In this document: piece by piece, positions 45,557 through 48,289 of the stretch | Layout: each line of letters opens with the position of its first letter | How positions within the stretch are numbered: the first letter of the stretch is position 1 | Program-made: the position numbers and the translations under genes | The notes under the pieces: generated by a model | The model's input: the letters and a program-made list of their open reading frames with translations, nothing else | Told to the model about the DNA's origin: nothing | Databases searched by the model: none | NCBI GenBank assembly: GCA_024681935.1 | Contig: JAIKZX010000161.1 | Location: forward strand, 1 to 48,289 | Direction: 5' to 3' | DNA length: 48,289 bases | DNA from: Fretibacterium sp. | GTDB lineage: Bacteria > Synergistota > Synergistia > Synergistales > Aminobacteriaceae

Positions 45557-46513
45557 ATGGAGATTCTGCAGAAGTTTACAAATGCTGGTATTGTACCGGT
45601 CGTTGTTATTGACAACGCGGAGGATGCCGTTCCTACGGCAAAGGCTTTGCTTGCCGGTGGCATTGACGTGATGGAAATCACCTTCCGTACGGCTGCCGCG
45701 CCGGATGCGATTAAGGCAGTAGCCCGTGAATGTCCCGATATGACGGTTGGTGCCGGGACGGTTATCACGTTGGAACAGTGCCAGAAGGCCGTCTCTCTGG
45801 GGGCAAAGTTCATTGTCTCACCGGGGTTCGATGAGGAAGTTGTGCGCTGGTGTGTTGAAAACAAGATCGCTGTCACTCCGGGCTGTGTTACGCCGAGTGA
45901 GATTATGGCGGCCATGAAACTGGGACTGAAGGTCCTGAAGTTCTTCCCGGCCAATGTATACGGTGGCTTGAACGCGATGAAGGCTCTGTCCGGGCCGTTT
46001 GGCAGTGTCAAATTCATCCCGACCGGCGGGGTGAATGCTCAAAACCTTGCGGAGTACAGCGCCGCGCCCTTCATCCACGCGATAGGGGGGAGCTGGGTGT
46101 GCACCAAGGGCGATATTGCGGCGCATCGTTTTGAACGTATCACGGAGCTTTGCCTTGAAGCGCGGCGGATTATGCTTGGCTATACGGTTGATCATGTTGG
46201 TATCAACTGCCCCGATGCGGACGCTTCCTCAAAGTTGTGCGAAACGCTCAACGCCGCTTTCGGCTTTGAGATAAAGCCGGGCAACAGTTCTAATTTTGCA
46301 GGTTCCGGTGTCGAGGTGATGAAGCTGCCCTTCCTGGGAGCGAACGGCCATTTCTCAGTCAGCACCAACCGAATCGAAATGGCTGTTGCTGATATGGAGA
46401 AGCGCGGCTTTGAGCTTGATATGAGCACGGCTAAGTATAAAGGGGAACGGCTCAAGGCGGTCTACTTCAAAAAAGAGCTCGGCGGGTTCGCCGTGCACCT
46501 CAGGCAAAAGTAA
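45557..46513 (+). CDS. eda: KDPG/KHG aldolase (Eda) fused to a C-terminal VOC/glyoxalase-like domain
   Basis: VPVVVIDNAEDAVPTAKALLAGGIDVMEITFRT…GAGTV…KFFPA…IPTGGV is the Eda pattern, followed by ~105 extra aa (VDHVGINCPD…GFAVHLRQK). The ATG at 45557 has an AAAGGAG RBS. Confidence 0.8.
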   Translation: MEILQKFTNAGIVPVVVIDNAEDAVPTAKALLAGGIDVMEITFRTAAAPDAIKAVARECPDMTVGAGTVITLEQCQKAVSLGAKFIVSPGFDEEVVRWCVENKIAVTPGCVTPSEIMAAMKLGLKVLKFFPANVYGGLNAMKALSGPFGSVKFIPTGGVNAQNLAEYSAAPFIHAIGGSWVCTKGDIAAHRFERITELCLEARRIMLGYTVDHVGINCPDADASSKLCETLNAAFGFEIKPGNSSNFAGSGVEVMKLPFLGANGHFSVSTNRIEMAVADMEKRGFELDMSTAKYKGERLKAVYFKKELGGFAVHLRQK

Positions 46514-46537
46514 GGAACCCCTGTACGGCGAAATAAT

Positions 46538-46575
46538 CCCCCGGCCTCTGAGTTGTCAGGAGGCCGGGGGATTTT
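46538..46575. terminator. Bidirectional terminator hairpin
   Basis: CCCCCGGCCT (46538-46547) pairs with AGGCCGGGGG (46561-46570), then ATTTTCTTT. Confidence 0.7.
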
Positions 46576-46586
46576 CTTTCTGCTGT

Positions 46587-46919
46587 CTACTCAAGGCTGG
46601 CTTCCTCATTTTTAATCTCCCAGTGAATGAGGAAGGTCAGTGCCCCGCGGAGAAGGATGATTGCGCCAAGGATGGCTAGTTCGCTCCATTCCCGGACAAT
46701 GACCGTCCGCAATACCTCGCCGCCCAGTTTAAACTCCAGTGCCAGGGCAATGCCCTTGGCCAGCGTGAGCCGAACATGAGGGTCACGGCGCAGGCATCCC
46801 CAGATGCTTCTCGCCGTCGTGACCAACAAAATGACGACTCCAACACATTCCATCAACAAAACGCCAAACTGAACCACAACCTGAAAGATCGACTCTATCG
46901 TTTCCAACAAATCCAACAT
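46587..46919 (-). CDS. Small membrane protein, DUF1622-like
   Basis: 110 aa from the ATG at 46919 (GAGGAGG RBS), with about 3 TM helices and the LALEFKLGGEVLRT motif. Confidence 0.5.
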   Translation of the reverse strand: MLDLLETIESIFQVVVQFGVLLMECVGVVILLVTTARSIWGCLRRDPHVRLTLAKGIALALEFKLGGEVLRTVIVREWSELAILGAIILLRGALTFLIHWEIKNEEASLE

Positions 46920-47015
46920 AGGAACAGCCTCCTCAGATTGTAAAATTATAACATGATATAATGCTTTAGTTTGGCGTAAATTCTTTTTGCGCATGTCTTT
47001 GAAGAGGTAACGGAA

Positions 47016-48289
47016 ATGACGGAAAAACTTGACAAAAAAAACGATTTTACGACAGGAAACATCCCCCTCAAGCTGATACGTTTCATGCTCCCCATCCTTG
47101 GGGCACTCATCCTTCAGGCCATGTACGGGGCCGTGGACATAATGATTGTCGGCAAGTTCGGCACCACAGCCGGTATCTCCGGTGTCTCCACCGGCGGGAA
47201 CATTGTAAACCTCGTGATTTTCGCAATATCTGGGCTCTCAATGGGCATTACCGTCCTGATTGCCCGTTACCTGGGGGAACGTCAGCCTGAGCGTATAGGG
47301 AAACTTGTTGGCGGCACGGTGTGCTTTTTCTCCTGTTTTTCATTGGTGCTGACCATCCTCCTGCCGCTCCTTGCCCGTCCGCTGGCCCTGCTTATGCAGG
47401 CACCTGAGGAAGCACTGGATCTTACTGTGACCTACATCCGTATCTGCGGCGGAGGTATCTTTTTTGTCATCGCCTACAACGTCATCAGCGGGATATTTCG
47501 TGGGCTGGGGGACTCCATGATGCCTCTCATCTTCGTTGCCATTGCCTGTGTCGTCAACATCCTGGGAGATTTGTTCTTCGTCGCCGTACTTAACATGAAT
47601 GTCGTGGGGGCGGCCCTTGCTACCATTCTGGCGCAGGCCGTCAGCGTCATCCTCTCACTCCTCATTATCAGGAAGAGGGCGCTTCCTTTCACCATAAAAA
47701 AGTCCGATTTCTCCTTCAACAGCGAGGTCAGGCGCTTTGTACGAATAGGGGCTCCCATCAGTTTTCAGGGCATTCTTACGGATTTCTCATTTCTTGCGCT
47801 CTGTGCTTTTATTAATAATCTGGGGCTTGACGCTTCCTCCGGCTACGGTGTGGCAAGTAAAATCGGGGCCTTTATCATGCTGGTTCCCGGCTCGCTGATG
47901 CAGTCCATGGCCTCCTTTGTCTCACAGAACGTAGGCGCGGGACGGGAGGACCGCGCGACACAGGCCATGTTCACCGGTATGGGAATCGGCTGTACGATAG
48001 GTGTGTTTATCGCCTTACTGTCTTTTTTCCATGGCAATATCCTGGCTTCCTTCTTCTCTGACGATCCGGCGGTTATCGCCAGAGCCTGGGAATATATGCG
48101 CGGATTTTCTTCCGAAGCCGTTGTAACAAGTGCTTTGTTCAGTTTTATGGGTTACTTTAACGGACATGCCCGAACGGCATTTGTAATGGCGCAGGGCTTA
48201 GCGCAGACCTTCCTTGTCCGCCTCCCTGTGTCCTGGTACATGAGCATTCAGCCCAACGCGTCCCTGACGATGATTGGGCTGGCTGCTCC
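47016..48289 (+). CDS. MATE family efflux transporter, 3'-truncated at the window edge
   Basis: Hand translation gives MTEKLDKKNDFTTGNIPLKLIRFMLPILGALILQAMYGAVDIMIVGKFG… The frame stays open to the window end, so it is absent from the ORF track because it has no stop. GAAGAGG RBS. Confidence 0.8.
   Translation, partial: MTEKLDKKNDFTTGNIPLKLIRFMLPILGALILQAMYGAVDIMIVGKFGTTAGISGVSTGGNIVNLVIFAISGLSMGITVLIARYLGERQPERIGKLVGGTVCFFSCFSLVLTILLPLLARPLALLMQAPEEALDLTVTYIRICGGGIFFVIAYNVISGIFRGLGDSMMPLIFVAIACVVNILGDLFFVAVLNMNVVGAALATILAQAVSVILSLLIIRKRALPFTIKKSDFSFNSEVRRFVRIGAPISFQGILTDFSFLALCAFINNLGLDASSGYGVASKIGAFIMLVPGSLMQSMASFVSQNVGAGREDRATQAMFTGMGIGCTIGVFIALLSFFHGNILASFFSDDPAVIARAWEYMRGFSSEAVVTSALFSFMGYFNGHARTAFVMAQGLAQTFLVRLPVSWYMSIQPNASLTMIGLAA

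Noticed and set aside
1-48289. CRISPR arrays, IS elements or transposases, prophage genes, rRNA.
   Set aside because: I saw no regularly spaced direct repeats, no transposase- or integrase-like ORFs, and no rRNA-like sequence on either strand.

Overview
This is a GC-rich bacterial chromosomal window. Third-position G/C bias creates many long antisense shadow ORFs, which I did not call. The backbone is housekeeping: gap, tRNA-Leu(CAG), rpoB-rpoC, glycine-reductase protein C genes grdC-grdD, a complete rnfCDGEAB operon on the minus strand, and small metabolic or repair genes at the right end (nitroreductase, 2H phosphoesterase, macro domain, YbaK, Eda, MATE). Several features suggest a diderm Synergistota-like organism, but this is inference only: Clostridia-like energy genes alongside outer-membrane secretion components, an unusually large RpoC (1719 aa), and two surface proteins ending in an SGC motif, a TM helix and a basic tail. 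The main accessory feature is a compact 12-kb minus-strand operon (27026-39044). It encodes a full Trb/P-type type IV secretion apparatus in the order trbB-C-D-E-J-J-J-L-F-G-I-traF. No coupling protein, relaxase, integrase or visible att repeats occur in the window. Its unusual points are three tandem divergent TrbJ/VirB5-like paralogues, a poly-Asn tract in the predicted VirB10 antenna loop, and two apparently co-transcribed downstream genes. The first is a BspA-like LRR surface protein cut by an in-frame TAG ahead of its sorting signal. The second is an orphan solute-binding protein that looks circularly permuted. Other observations include acidic tails and large insertions in RpoB and RpoC, an MsrA-like protein and an alpha/beta-hydrolase-like protein that each lack the expected nucleophile, a Cys-rich RnfE tail, and a surface-protein plus GtrB/GT-C glycosylation module at the left edge. 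All functional calls come from reading motifs by eye; no database search was run.
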